Assembly: GCA_015065225.1 (NCBI GenBank)
Contig: SVQR01000001.1
Span: 1 to 60,746, forward strand
Direction of reading: 5' to 3'
Origin: Oscillospiraceae bacterium
GTDB taxonomy: Bacteria > Bacillota > Clostridia > Oscillospirales > CAG-382
DNA length: 60,746 bases
Shown here: positions 45,514-54,270 of the stretch, piece after piece
Layout of the letters: the number at the start of each line of letters is the position of its first letter
Position numbering within the stretch: the stretch's first letter is position 1
Translations under genes and position numbers: made by a program
The notes under the pieces: generated by a model
What the model was told of the DNA's origin: nothing
Seen by the model: only the letters and a program-made list of their open reading frames with translations
Database searches by the model: none

Positions 45514-46260
45514 ATGAAAGCACAGCTTCTTGTATCCGTGTCATTATACCGTGAAAAATTTCTTTACGAGGACTTCATCGGCAGCGACGATATTTTTGCA
45601 CTCTGCGGCAGCGGCAGTTTCAGCGTAAGATCCGGTGATGAAGTTTTTACGATTTGTGAAAATGAGGGTATGCTTTTCAAAAAAGACACCCTGTATCACA
45701 GAACTGTAAATGAGCCTGTCACGCTGTACCTTTTTCGTTATAAATCGGATGTACCGCTTTTCAAAAAGGATTATGTAACATTCTCGGATGTTTCCCGTAT
45801 AAAGTCCACAATATCTATGCTCGACGCCCTTGAAAAGGGAATATACGCCGATGATTTTACCTATCGCAAGCATCTTTTTACGGATATTGTAAATCAATAT
45901 TCCATAGAAAGTGGAAATGTTTCCGGATGCTCCGAAACTCATGATGAGCTTATGGAAATGGCGGCACAGCAAATAAAAAAGTGTGTAAAAAACAAAATGT
46001 CCCTTTGCGAAATAGGTAAAAGAAGCGGACTTTCCTATGTTCAGTTCATACGGCGTTTCAGAGCGTACTTTGGTATAACACCAACGGAATGCCTCAAACT
46101 CCTGCGTATCCGCCGGGCGAAGGAGCTCTTAAAAGAAACGACTCTTCCCGTGAAAAAGATATCCGATTTCTGCGGCTTTGAAAACGAATATTACTTCAGC
46201 AACTATTTCAAAAAGAACACAGGTATGTCGCCCACAGACTTCCGCAATACTACAGGCTGA
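45514..46260 (+). CDS. AraC-family transcriptional regulator
   Basis: I chose the ATG at 45514 (GGAGAAAAGGAA RBS). The C-terminal double HTH reads ..LCEIGKRSGLSYVQFIRRFRAYFGITPTECL...ISDFCGFENEYYFSNYFKKNTGMSPTDFR. Confidence 0.9.
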   Translation: MKAQLLVSVSLYREKFLYEDFIGSDDIFALCGSGSFSVRSGDEVFTICENEGMLFKKDTLYHRTVNEPVTLYLFRYKSDVPLFKKDYVTFSDVSRIKSTISMLDALEKGIYADDFTYRKHLFTDIVNQYSIESGNVSGCSETHDELMEMAAQQIKKCVKNKMSLCEIGKRSGLSYVQFIRRFRAYFGITPTECLKLLRIRRAKELLKETTLPVKKISDFCGFENEYYFSNYFKKNTGMSPTDFRNTTG

Positions 46261-46264
46261 AAAG

Positions 46265-46298
46265 TACACCGTCAAAGGATTTCTCCTGCGACGGTGTA
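46265..46298. terminator. Bidirectional terminator between AraC and the SIS-protein gene
   Basis: TACACCGTC pairs with GACGGTGTA (9-bp perfect stem, 16-nt loop). TTATTTATT follows on the plus strand and CTTTTC on the minus strand. Confidence 0.6.
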
Positions 46299-46302
46299 TT
46301 AT

Positions 46303-47991
46303 TTATTCGTGTAAACGCAGTCTTTTTATGGTTTCCGTTACTACGGAGCTGTTTGTAATACCGTTTTTTTCCATAAGCAGCTTTGAGAGATATAACTCGT
46401 AGTTTGCCCTATCATATTCAATATCGCACAGCTCCGAAATTATTCTTGTAGCTCTGTCGACAAGCTTCTTGTTTGAGATGTTCACATATACCATGTAGTT
46501 TCCGAGTATCCTGCCCATTTTTGCCATTGTTACCGTAGACATTGTGTTCATCATAAGCTTAATTGCAATATGCTCAAAAATTTTCATTCTTGTTTCGACT
46601 ATGCTACCCTTACCTGGTGCCAAAACCATTACCGATACGTTTTCATAGCAATCGGAAAGCAAATTGAACCGTGTAGGAATTTCCTCTTCAAGACCTATCC
46701 ATGTTGCAAGTGAGTTTTTTTCCTCGCGTTCCGTATTCCGTTCAAAACCTATATCAAATTCACAAAGAGCATTGAAATCTATCTTGGGGATTTTTAAGAT
46801 ATCCTGCTCTTTAAAGCCAATGTTTTCATAAACTTTATGCGGATAGTCTATACACCTTGGAGACCTTTCAAAGCATCTTGTCCACGCAGACACTGTATCA
46901 AAAAACGGATTTTTTACATATGCCCACGATGGAAGTACATCGGATTTGGATTTTGGTTTGAATGGAGGAACACAAAAGGTAGGACTACGCTCGGTGGTAT
47001 CCGAAAGAACATCCTGAAGATATTCGTCGGCATAGTATGTCACAAGTCCTCCGCTTTTATAGATAGCGGCTTCTCTGTCTGCTTGCTCCGCAATTGCTTT
47101 TACACAGCTCTTGCAAGACACGGCGGCTATGCATTTTGCAAATCCTTCGCAAAGAAGCTCTTTTCGAATCTGAATGTCGGTTGTATAATTTTCGAAAATA
47201 CAGTTAAGGCACATTTCAAGACAAGCTCCGATAATTGCCTGCTCAATAGTAGAGGATTGCATTCGTGTAGAACCGGTAATTGCCATTCCACCACATTTCA
47301 TGTAGATATATGAGCAGTTTCTGTGACAATATACATCCTTTGCACGGCTAAGCCTTTCCACAGAAGGCGTAGGATCGGAACAGACTATCATCCATACTTT
47401 TGCACCGTCCGACAGAGCCTGCTTTGCCGTACCGAGAATAGAGGTGGTTTCAGCGGTGGCTGTGATTCCAACCAGAATATCCTTTTCGCAAAGACCAAGG
47501 TCACGGGCTTGCTTTTCACCAAGGCTTGTATAATCCTCAAAGGATTCAACCGCACGTATTACCGTATAATCACCGCCTGTCATGAGGGACATAACTTTAT
47601 CTCTGTAAGAATCGGCATTATACCCCTTGCGGCACAGCTCTGTAACGGCAATTCTCCATGAGCCTTCAAGCCTTATTGCAAGTCTGCCGGATGAACCGCA
47701 ACCGGAAAGAATAATTCTTCCGCCTGATTTGAGCGACTGCAATACATCGGAATAAAAATCATCGAATTCTTTGCTGCAGATTGTCTTGTCAAACAACGGT
47801 ATAAGATTCTCATCCGCACTCAAAAGACAGCGGACACCGCCTTCCGTATCTTTAATTGCGATTTCTCCGAAATCCTTCGTTTTCTCATTTGACTGTTCCG
47901 CTTCTATAAATCCGAGTCGGTAGTCTTTTTCGTTTTCCAGAAACTCTGCGGATAATTTCAGAGCTTCTTTTTTTATTGTATCCGTATTCAT
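46303..47991 (-). CDS. Double-SIS protein of the MurQ etherase / glucokinase-regulatory-protein (GCKR) family
   Basis: 562 aa. GGRIILSGCGSSGRLAI, LMTGGDYTVIRAVESFED, AITGSTRMQSSTIEQ and the C-terminal GNYMVYVNISNKKLVDRA parallel E. coli MurQ (GGRLIYLGAGTSGRLG, LIAGG..AVEGAED, VTGSSRMKAGTAQK, GNLMVDVVATNEKL). About 250 extra residues lie between these blocks. Confidence 0.8.
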   Translation of the reverse strand: MNTDTIKKEALKLSAEFLENEKDYRLGFIEAEQSNEKTKDFGEIAIKDTEGGVRCLLSADENLIPLFDKTICSKEFDDFYSDVLQSLKSGGRIILSGCGSSGRLAIRLEGSWRIAVTELCRKGYNADSYRDKVMSLMTGGDYTVIRAVESFEDYTSLGEKQARDLGLCEKDILVGITATAETTSILGTAKQALSDGAKVWMIVCSDPTPSVERLSRAKDVYCHRNCSYIYMKCGGMAITGSTRMQSSTIEQAIIGACLEMCLNCIFENYTTDIQIRKELLCEGFAKCIAAVSCKSCVKAIAEQADREAAIYKSGGLVTYYADEYLQDVLSDTTERSPTFCVPPFKPKSKSDVLPSWAYVKNPFFDTVSAWTRCFERSPRCIDYPHKVYENIGFKEQDILKIPKIDFNALCEFDIGFERNTEREEKNSLATWIGLEEEIPTRFNLLSDCYENVSVMVLAPGKGSIVETRMKIFEHIAIKLMMNTMSTVTMAKMGRILGNYMVYVNISNKKLVDRATRIISELCDIEYDRANYELYLSKLLMEKNGITNSSVVTETIKRLRLHE

Positions 47992-50039
47992 TGGATTTCT
48001 CCCTCAAGCAGTAGCATCTGTGCAGGATTTTCCCCCGTGGGAAGTGTAACCTTTTTATTCTCGGTTTTGTATGTTTTTCCGCTGAATATTTCGGTGAATT
48101 CTCCGTCAAAGGGCAGAGTAATTGTAGTTTCTTCGTTCTTTGTGTTATATACACCCGCAACAAGGCTGTTGACATAGCAGGCAACTCCGTTTTCTGTGTA
48201 GATATGTACGCCCGCTTCTCTTGCGATTTCACGGAGCACCGTGTGGGAAATATTGCCGAGACCGCTGAAATATATTGTGTAGTCGGCAAAGCTCTTTTTC
48301 GCAAGTGCACACTTACGGCTTTCCGCGTATCTTCCGAGGATTTTTACACTGTCATCGTCAACATAAAGCGTTGGATTCTTTGTCGTCTTGTAGCCGAAGG
48401 TGGAATCGAAGCCGTGGATTGTTGCTTCATCCTTTTCAAGTGCTTCCAAATTCATTTCCGTCATTGCCCGTACTCTTTCAAGGGAAAGATTTTCATCGCA
48501 GGCGTAATCCGTTGCGCCCACAAAAAGAAGCGATCTTCCGCCACCCTTGACCTTGCGGTTTATGTATTCTCTCTGTTCTTTTGTAAGGTAATATGCCTCG
48601 GGGAATATTATCAGCTTGTATTTGTCTATGTCCATTCTGTCGATATCGTTCAGAGAGTAAACGTCAAAGGGCGCGCCCATACAAGCAAGAGGTCCTCTTT
48701 GTGCGGCAAGCACCTCGGTGTTGAGCTCTGCCGCCTTGTTGACGTAATAGTGGGATTCACAGCTTATGACAAAGGCGATTTCGCTGTTTGAAACGGCTTT
48801 CTTTTCTATGAGCGATTCGGAAAGGCGGACTGTCCTTTCCACCTCACGCATAAGTCCCTCGTCGTAATACCAGCCCTCAAGCATATCAAACCACCACATT
48901 CCCGTTCTTTTGGATACCTTCAGCATAAATTCACGGCGCATGGCATCTATTGTCTGCTTTCTGTCGTTGAAAATGTAGCTGTAATTGCCTACTCTTCCCA
49001 TAGCCTCCATTGTGTTCTTTTCGTGGCAGAGGCGTCTTTTGTTGTCCTTGAGTGTGGGAACGACAAAGGTCATATGGTCAAAGGAGCTGTAAAAGGTCAT
49101 ATTGTTAAGCTCGAGCGTATTGAACATAATCGAGTGTGCGCTGTGGCTGTCGTAATGCCTGTAGTGGTAGGAGGACGGAGTTGCGACAAGGTCAATGTCG
49201 GGGCTTCTGTAAACTCTGTCTATATCTATGTGACCGAGATTCCATATGCCTCTTCCGCGAAGCTCCATAACATAGCCGAAGAATGCTCCCAGTACCTTTC
49301 CGTGCTTTAAAACATCCTGCGCCGCGTGGCAGAAATAAAGCAGGGTGTCGGCAATGAGGAAATTGTGGAATTTTCTGTAGCTTATAAGATTTTTGTCCTT
49401 TACGGGGTCAAGAAATATCTGCGATTCGGGCTTTTCAAGCTCGGTTACATCGGGAATCTGTGCATTTTCGTTGCCGAGATATTTTCTGTATGCGGCAAGC
49501 TTTATGGGATGCCCCTCCTCACGATCCTCCTTGGAAAACCATTCGGTGGTGTGACCGCCGAGCAGAAAGTAGCCGAGAACAACATCGTTGTATTTTTCTT
49601 CAACGTGACGGAGAGCTGCTCTTATGTAGTCCGCCGTGTCACTTCGCCATTTTTCATCGGAGGCAATCTGCGAAAGATGAGTAAACGAGCTTGGCTTCCC
49701 GGGATTTTCCTCGTTCCACCACGGTCTTGAGTCTACATGGAGATTTACGAAAAGAAGCGTTCCCGGTGCATTCGCTTTGAAAAAGTCTATCTGTCTGTCA
49801 AGATTTGTAAAATCGTATTGCTTATCGCCAAACCAGGTTTCGCCGTAAAGCGAATAGGGAAGCCCCAGCGCAGAGGTAAGTCCCGAGCAGTAAACGTGCA
49901 TTACGGGAACTCCCGCCTTGTGGAAATCACCGACATTGTTTTCCGTGGGACGGAAGCTTTTCATTGCAATGGAATCAATGATTTTTCCGTCTGCTTCAAT
50001 ATATTTTTTGCCGTTGTATGTAACTATTTTTGATTTCAA
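47988..50039 (-). CDS. Putative glycoside hydrolase, GH42-like architecture, tandem paralog A
   Basis: 683 aa with a TTG start and a strong AAGGAGAAG RBS. Its stop overlaps the SIS gene start (ATGA). It is homologous to 50082-52130 and distantly to 5006-7276. Confidence 0.8.
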   Translation of the reverse strand: MKSKIVTYNGKKYIEADGKIIDSIAMKSFRPTENNVGDFHKAGVPVMHVYCSGLTSALGLPYSLYGETWFGDKQYDFTNLDRQIDFFKANAPGTLLFVNLHVDSRPWWNEENPGKPSSFTHLSQIASDEKWRSDTADYIRAALRHVEEKYNDVVLGYFLLGGHTTEWFSKEDREEGHPIKLAAYRKYLGNENAQIPDVTELEKPESQIFLDPVKDKNLISYRKFHNFLIADTLLYFCHAAQDVLKHGKVLGAFFGYVMELRGRGIWNLGHIDIDRVYRSPDIDLVATPSSYHYRHYDSHSAHSIMFNTLELNNMTFYSSFDHMTFVVPTLKDNKRRLCHEKNTMEAMGRVGNYSYIFNDRKQTIDAMRREFMLKVSKRTGMWWFDMLEGWYYDEGLMREVERTVRLSESLIEKKAVSNSEIAFVISCESHYYVNKAAELNTEVLAAQRGPLACMGAPFDVYSLNDIDRMDIDKYKLIIFPEAYYLTKEQREYINRKVKGGGRSLLFVGATDYACDENLSLERVRAMTEMNLEALEKDEATIHGFDSTFGYKTTKNPTLYVDDDSVKILGRYAESRKCALAKKSFADYTIYFSGLGNISHTVLREIAREAGVHIYTENGVACYVNSLVAGVYNTKNEETTITLPFDGEFTEIFSGKTYKTENKKVTLPTGENPAQMLLLEGEIQ

Positions 50040-50081
50040 GATTGCTTCTCCTTTGCGGTAATATGGTATGGCTGCGAAGAA

Positions 50082-52130
50082 TCAGCCGATTATAAGCATC
50101 TGCGCAGGATTTTCCCCCGTGGGAAGTGTGACTTTTCTGTTTTCGGTTTTGTACTTTATACCGCTGAAAATTTCGGTAAATTCTCCGTCAGACGGCAGAG
50201 TAATGACCGTTTCCTCATTCTTTGTATTGTACACACCCGCAACGAGGCTGTTCACGTAGCAGGCAACTCCGTTTTCCGTGTAGATATGCACGCCCGCTTC
50301 TCTTGCGATTTCACGAAGCACCGTGTGGGAAAAATTCCCCAGACCGCTGTAATAAACCGTGTAACCATCAAAACCCTTTTTCGCAAGTGCACACTTGCGG
50401 CTGAGTGCATATCGCCCGACAATCTGTGCAGAGTCATCATTCACATACAGCGTAGGAGTCTTTGCTTTTTCATAGCCGAAGGTGGAATCCATTGCGTGTA
50501 TCGTGTTTTCGTCGGTTTCAAGTATATCTATCTCCATGCCGACAAGCCTCTTTACTCTTTCAAGGGAAAGACCGTCATCATTCGCATAATCGCACGCACC
50601 TGCAAAGAGAATTGTGCGGTTGCCGCCTTTGAGTCTGCTGTTTATAAAGCTGCGCTGACTGTCCGTAAGATAAAAGGCATCCGGGAGAATTATCAGCTTA
50701 TATTTATCAATACTTACTCTATCAATATCATTGAGAGAATAAACGTCATAGGGTGCACCCATTCGGGCAAGTGCATCTCTCCAATTGCAGAGAACTTCCG
50801 AATTTATACCGCATTCCTTGTTGACATAAAAAAGCGACTCACAACTGACAAACACAGCAATCTCACTTGCGGATCTCATTTCAATGTCACACAGCTTTTT
50901 CGATATATCAACGGTCTTTTTTACTTCTTCCATAAGTCCGTCATCATAAAACCAGCCTTCAAGCATATCAAACCACCACATACCGGTACGCTTTGCAAGC
51001 TTTTGCATATACTCACGGCGCATTGCGTCTATCGTATGCTTCCTTGTGGGAAGTACATCGGTTCTCATGCTATTCAGCATAGTAATGCCGACTTCGGATT
51101 TTGCATCCTCGCATATACGTCTTTCATCGGAAAGAATGTCCGGCACTTTAAAGGTCCTGTGATCAAAGGAGCAGTAGTACATCATGCCACAAAGCTCAAT
51201 TGAATCGCACATAAGCATATTTGCACTTGCATCATCATAATTTCTGAACTGGTATGAGGATGGCGTGGCGATAAGGTCAATATCGGGACTTCTGTATACC
51301 GTATCCGTGTCAAGATGACCGTCATGCCACATGCCCCTGCCGCGAAGCTCCATTATGTAGCCGTAAAATACACCCAGCACCTTTTGATGCTTCAACACCT
51401 TTTGAGCTTCATGACAAAAGTATACTACAGTATCGGCAATAAGCCTGTTGTGGAATTTTCTGTAATTTATAAGATTTAGGTCTTTTGCATTTGCACCGTC
51501 AAGAAATATTTGATTTTCCGGTCTTACAAGCTCATCATCTTCCGGAATGTGGGCGTTTTCGTCATTCATATACTTTTTGTATGCACGAAGCTTTATAGGA
51601 TGGGAAGCCTCACGGTCATAGCGGCTGAACCATTCGGTGGTAGTGCCGCCGAGAAGCCAGTAGCCGATAACGATATCGTTATACTTTTCCTCGGTATGAC
51701 GAATCAGTGCCTTGAGATATTCGGCAGTGTCGCATCTCCATTTTTCATCCGATGCGATCTGTGACAGATGAGTAAATGAGCTTGGTCTTCCGGGATTTTC
51801 GTCATGCCACCACTGTCTTGAATCGAGGTGCACATTTACAAAAATATATGCATCGGGAGCTGTTTCCCTGAAAAACTCTATCTGCCTGTCGAGATTTGTA
51901 AAATCGTATTGCTTATCGCCAAACCACGTTTCACCGTACAGTGAATAGGGAAGCCCCAGAGCCGAGGTAAGTCCCGAACAGTAGACGTGGAAAACTCTGA
52001 CCCCCGCCGCATAAAAGTCACCGATATTGTTTTTTGTGGGTCTGAAGGACTTCATTGAAAGAGAGTCAATGATTTTTCCGTCGACAGCGATGTGTTTTTT
52101 GCCCTTATAGGTTACTATTTTGGATTTCAC
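50082..52130 (-). CDS. Putative glycoside hydrolase, GH42-like architecture, tandem paralog B
   Basis: 682 aa with a GTG start and a GAGAGGAAA RBS. It shares MKSKIVTY.., ..CSGLTSALGLPYSLYGETWFGDKQYDFTNLDRQI.. and a 41-aa identical C-terminal block with paralog A. Confidence 0.8.
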   Translation of the reverse strand: MKSKIVTYKGKKHIAVDGKIIDSLSMKSFRPTKNNIGDFYAAGVRVFHVYCSGLTSALGLPYSLYGETWFGDKQYDFTNLDRQIEFFRETAPDAYIFVNVHLDSRQWWHDENPGRPSSFTHLSQIASDEKWRCDTAEYLKALIRHTEEKYNDIVIGYWLLGGTTTEWFSRYDREASHPIKLRAYKKYMNDENAHIPEDDELVRPENQIFLDGANAKDLNLINYRKFHNRLIADTVVYFCHEAQKVLKHQKVLGVFYGYIMELRGRGMWHDGHLDTDTVYRSPDIDLIATPSSYQFRNYDDASANMLMCDSIELCGMMYYCSFDHRTFKVPDILSDERRICEDAKSEVGITMLNSMRTDVLPTRKHTIDAMRREYMQKLAKRTGMWWFDMLEGWFYDDGLMEEVKKTVDISKKLCDIEMRSASEIAVFVSCESLFYVNKECGINSEVLCNWRDALARMGAPYDVYSLNDIDRVSIDKYKLIILPDAFYLTDSQRSFINSRLKGGNRTILFAGACDYANDDGLSLERVKRLVGMEIDILETDENTIHAMDSTFGYEKAKTPTLYVNDDSAQIVGRYALSRKCALAKKGFDGYTVYYSGLGNFSHTVLREIAREAGVHIYTENGVACYVNSLVAGVYNTKNEETVITLPSDGEFTEIFSGIKYKTENRKVTLPTGENPAQMLIIG

Positions 52131-52168
52131 TATCTTGTTTCCTCTCGCATAATATTTGATTTTATCAT

Positions 52169-52197
52169 ATTATACCAAGGCGTTATGCGGGTGTGAA
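52169..52197 (-). promoter_or_regulatory. Candidate sigma-A promoter of the paralog B / paralog A / SIS operon
   Basis: On the minus strand: TTCACA, a 17-nt spacer, then TATAAT. Confidence 0.45.
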
Positions 52198-52237
52198 TAT
52201 AGCTTTTTGACAAAGGATTATAATTTTTTATCATCGG

Positions 52238-52276
52238 AAAAATAAAAAGAAGCACCGCCGCAGTTGGCGATGCCTC
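52238..52276 (-). terminator. Rho-independent terminator after the dockerin-protein gene
   Basis: The minus-strand RNA reads GAGGCAUCGCC-AACUGC-GGCGGUGCUUC followed by UUUUUAUUUUU. It is nearly identical to 54231-54264. Confidence 0.7.
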
Positions 52277-52317
52277 AATTGAATTATTAAGTTGTTACAA
52301 ATTAAGACTTGCCCTTC

Positions 52318-54072
52318 TCAGCTTGCCCTCTTACCAAAGTTAGCCTTTATAAATCCGATATCCGTTACGTTTATCCTGCCGTCCTCGTTTATATCGACAG
52401 CCGCGGTTATCTCGGACGAAGTATTGCCGAGACCTCTGAGTACTCTTATAAAGTCATCAACGTCAACAATACCGTCGCCGCATTCCCTGTCAAAATCGTC
52501 CTTTATATCACCGGGAACGAGCTTTATTTCCTTTACGGATACGGCACGGTCTTTTATGGTTATTTCAGTGCTGTATGTAAGATATCCGTTCTTTATTATC
52601 TGTGCGTAATAAGTGCCGTCGGCAAGCTCTATCTTTACTTTTGCGCTGTTACCCGAAGTCTGTGCGTTTTCAAGCTGATACTCAGCCGCTATTTCCGATT
52701 TTGTACTGTCCTTGTAAATGACCATCTTTGCAAAATTGCTGTAGGGAACGGCTCCGTCTTCTCTTGCGAAGATCACATTCACATAGCTGTCTTCTTCGTT
52801 GTATACCTTTTCCTCATATACAGCGGTGAATGTTGCACCTTCTGTTTTGAGAATACCCACTTCGGGAGACCATCCCTTGAATGTGCTTCCTTCTTTTACA
52901 GGTTCTTCTTCGGGGGCTGCGATAACATCGTCAAACTTCACCTTTACCGTTATTGTCTTTCCTTCGGCAAAGCTTCCCTCACCGGCATCGAATACAACAT
53001 CATATTCATTTGCTGTCCATACCGCATTGTAAGTTACAGCCTCTGTTGCAACAGCTATCTCCTTGTCCCAACCGAGAGTATATCCCGTCTTTGTAAGCAC
53101 AGGTGCTTCGGGGATGCTTCCGTGAGCTGTTGTAACCTTTGTTTCGTTTTCACCGTCTTTGAATATTATGTCGTAGGATATATCCTCATATATCGCATAA
53201 TATGTCGTATTTACATTAGGAACAGCCACATCGGTAAGTATCTCGGAAGAATCCGCACTTGCCGCCCATCCGAGGAATCTTTTGCCTTCGGGAGCTGTTA
53301 CTTTTTCGGGAAATCTCACCTTTGCAGAGAGTATATTGCCTCTTACAACTTCCGTTGACGTAGCTACCGTACCGTTCTGTGCATCAAAGTAGAGCCTTAT
53401 TTTCGGAGCTTTGACATAAGAGGTGAGATCTGTCGCAAGAGCCTCCTCGTCCGTGGCAAATTCACCCAATGCGGCGATGTCGACAGTCTTGCTGTTGTCG
53501 GCGGTGTAGAACGCCGAAGCCTTTGCCGTGTTGCCGTAGGGGCATACCTGGTACTGATTGTAATATCTCATTTCAAGTCCGTCATGTCTGAAATATACGG
53601 TGTGCCACTTGCCAACATCCGCTTCCGAGAATACTATGGGATTTCCTTCAGCGTCTGTTGCGGGAGTGTACTTTTCATCACCGTTGTATGCGACAGTACC
53701 GGCTGTGTCTTTCCTCGACTGTGCCGAAACAAGCACCGGAGTAATGCCCGCAACATTGGGACGCATAAGGCAGGAAACAGTCAATGACCATGCATCCGTA
53801 CCGTCAAAAACACATTTTACATTCCAGAATGCAAGATAAGGTGCTAAACTGTGATTGTTGGGGATGACCCTGGCATATATGATATCGTTTTCGGCATCAT
53901 ACTGATTCTTCAATGCGGAATTCTGCGGGTCTGTCGCACCGAAGGAGGTCGATCCCTGACACGCCCATATTCTCGGCTTGCCCGCTGTTGCGACCGCATC
54001 TGCCGTAAATACAAGCATCGAACTTAGCATAAGTGCGGAAAGTATTAATGCAATAATTCTTTTGATCTTCAT
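52318..54072 (-). CDS. Secreted dockerin-bearing protein with Listeria-Bacteroides (InlB B-type) repeats
   Basis: 584 aa with the signal peptide MKIKRIIALILSALMLSSMLVFTADA. Repeats carry GKRFLGWA, GYTLGWD and GSTFKGWS. The C-terminal dockerin reads CGDGIVDVDDFIRVLRGL...DINEDGRINVTDIGFIKANFG. Confidence 0.8.
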   Translation of the reverse strand: MKIKRIIALILSALMLSSMLVFTADAVATAGKPRIWACQGSTSFGATDPQNSALKNQYDAENDIIYARVIPNNHSLAPYLAFWNVKCVFDGTDAWSLTVSCLMRPNVAGITPVLVSAQSRKDTAGTVAYNGDEKYTPATDAEGNPIVFSEADVGKWHTVYFRHDGLEMRYYNQYQVCPYGNTAKASAFYTADNSKTVDIAALGEFATDEEALATDLTSYVKAPKIRLYFDAQNGTVATSTEVVRGNILSAKVRFPEKVTAPEGKRFLGWAASADSSEILTDVAVPNVNTTYYAIYEDISYDIIFKDGENETKVTTAHGSIPEAPVLTKTGYTLGWDKEIAVATEAVTYNAVWTANEYDVVFDAGEGSFAEGKTITVKVKFDDVIAAPEEEPVKEGSTFKGWSPEVGILKTEGATFTAVYEEKVYNEEDSYVNVIFAREDGAVPYSNFAKMVIYKDSTKSEIAAEYQLENAQTSGNSAKVKIELADGTYYAQIIKNGYLTYSTEITIKDRAVSVKEIKLVPGDIKDDFDRECGDGIVDVDDFIRVLRGLGNTSSEITAAVDINEDGRINVTDIGFIKANFGKRAS

Positions 54073-54230
54073 ACAAGATCCTCCTTTGGATTATTACAAG
54101 ATCGCGTATCACATAATCTCGGACAAGAAGATACGTTATCCGTTAATACAATTTTATATTTATCGCACATAAAAGTCAATATAACCGGTCAATTTAGACA
54201 TTTGAATAGGTCAAATTATTTGAAATTTGC

Positions 54231-54264
54231 AAAAAAGAAGCACCGCCGCAGGTGGCGATGCCTC
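54231..54264 (-). terminator. Rho-independent terminator after the GH78 gene
   Basis: Same hairpin as 52238-52276 with one loop substitution, followed by UUUUUU on the minus strand. Confidence 0.7.
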
Positions 54265-54270
54265 AAAAAA

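Noticed and set aside
47988-52130. Recent gene conversion between the tandem paralogs as the explanation for the identical 41-aa block.
   Set aside because: The corresponding DNA differs at about one in eleven positions, all silent. This is the signature of long-term purifying selection rather than recent homogenisation.
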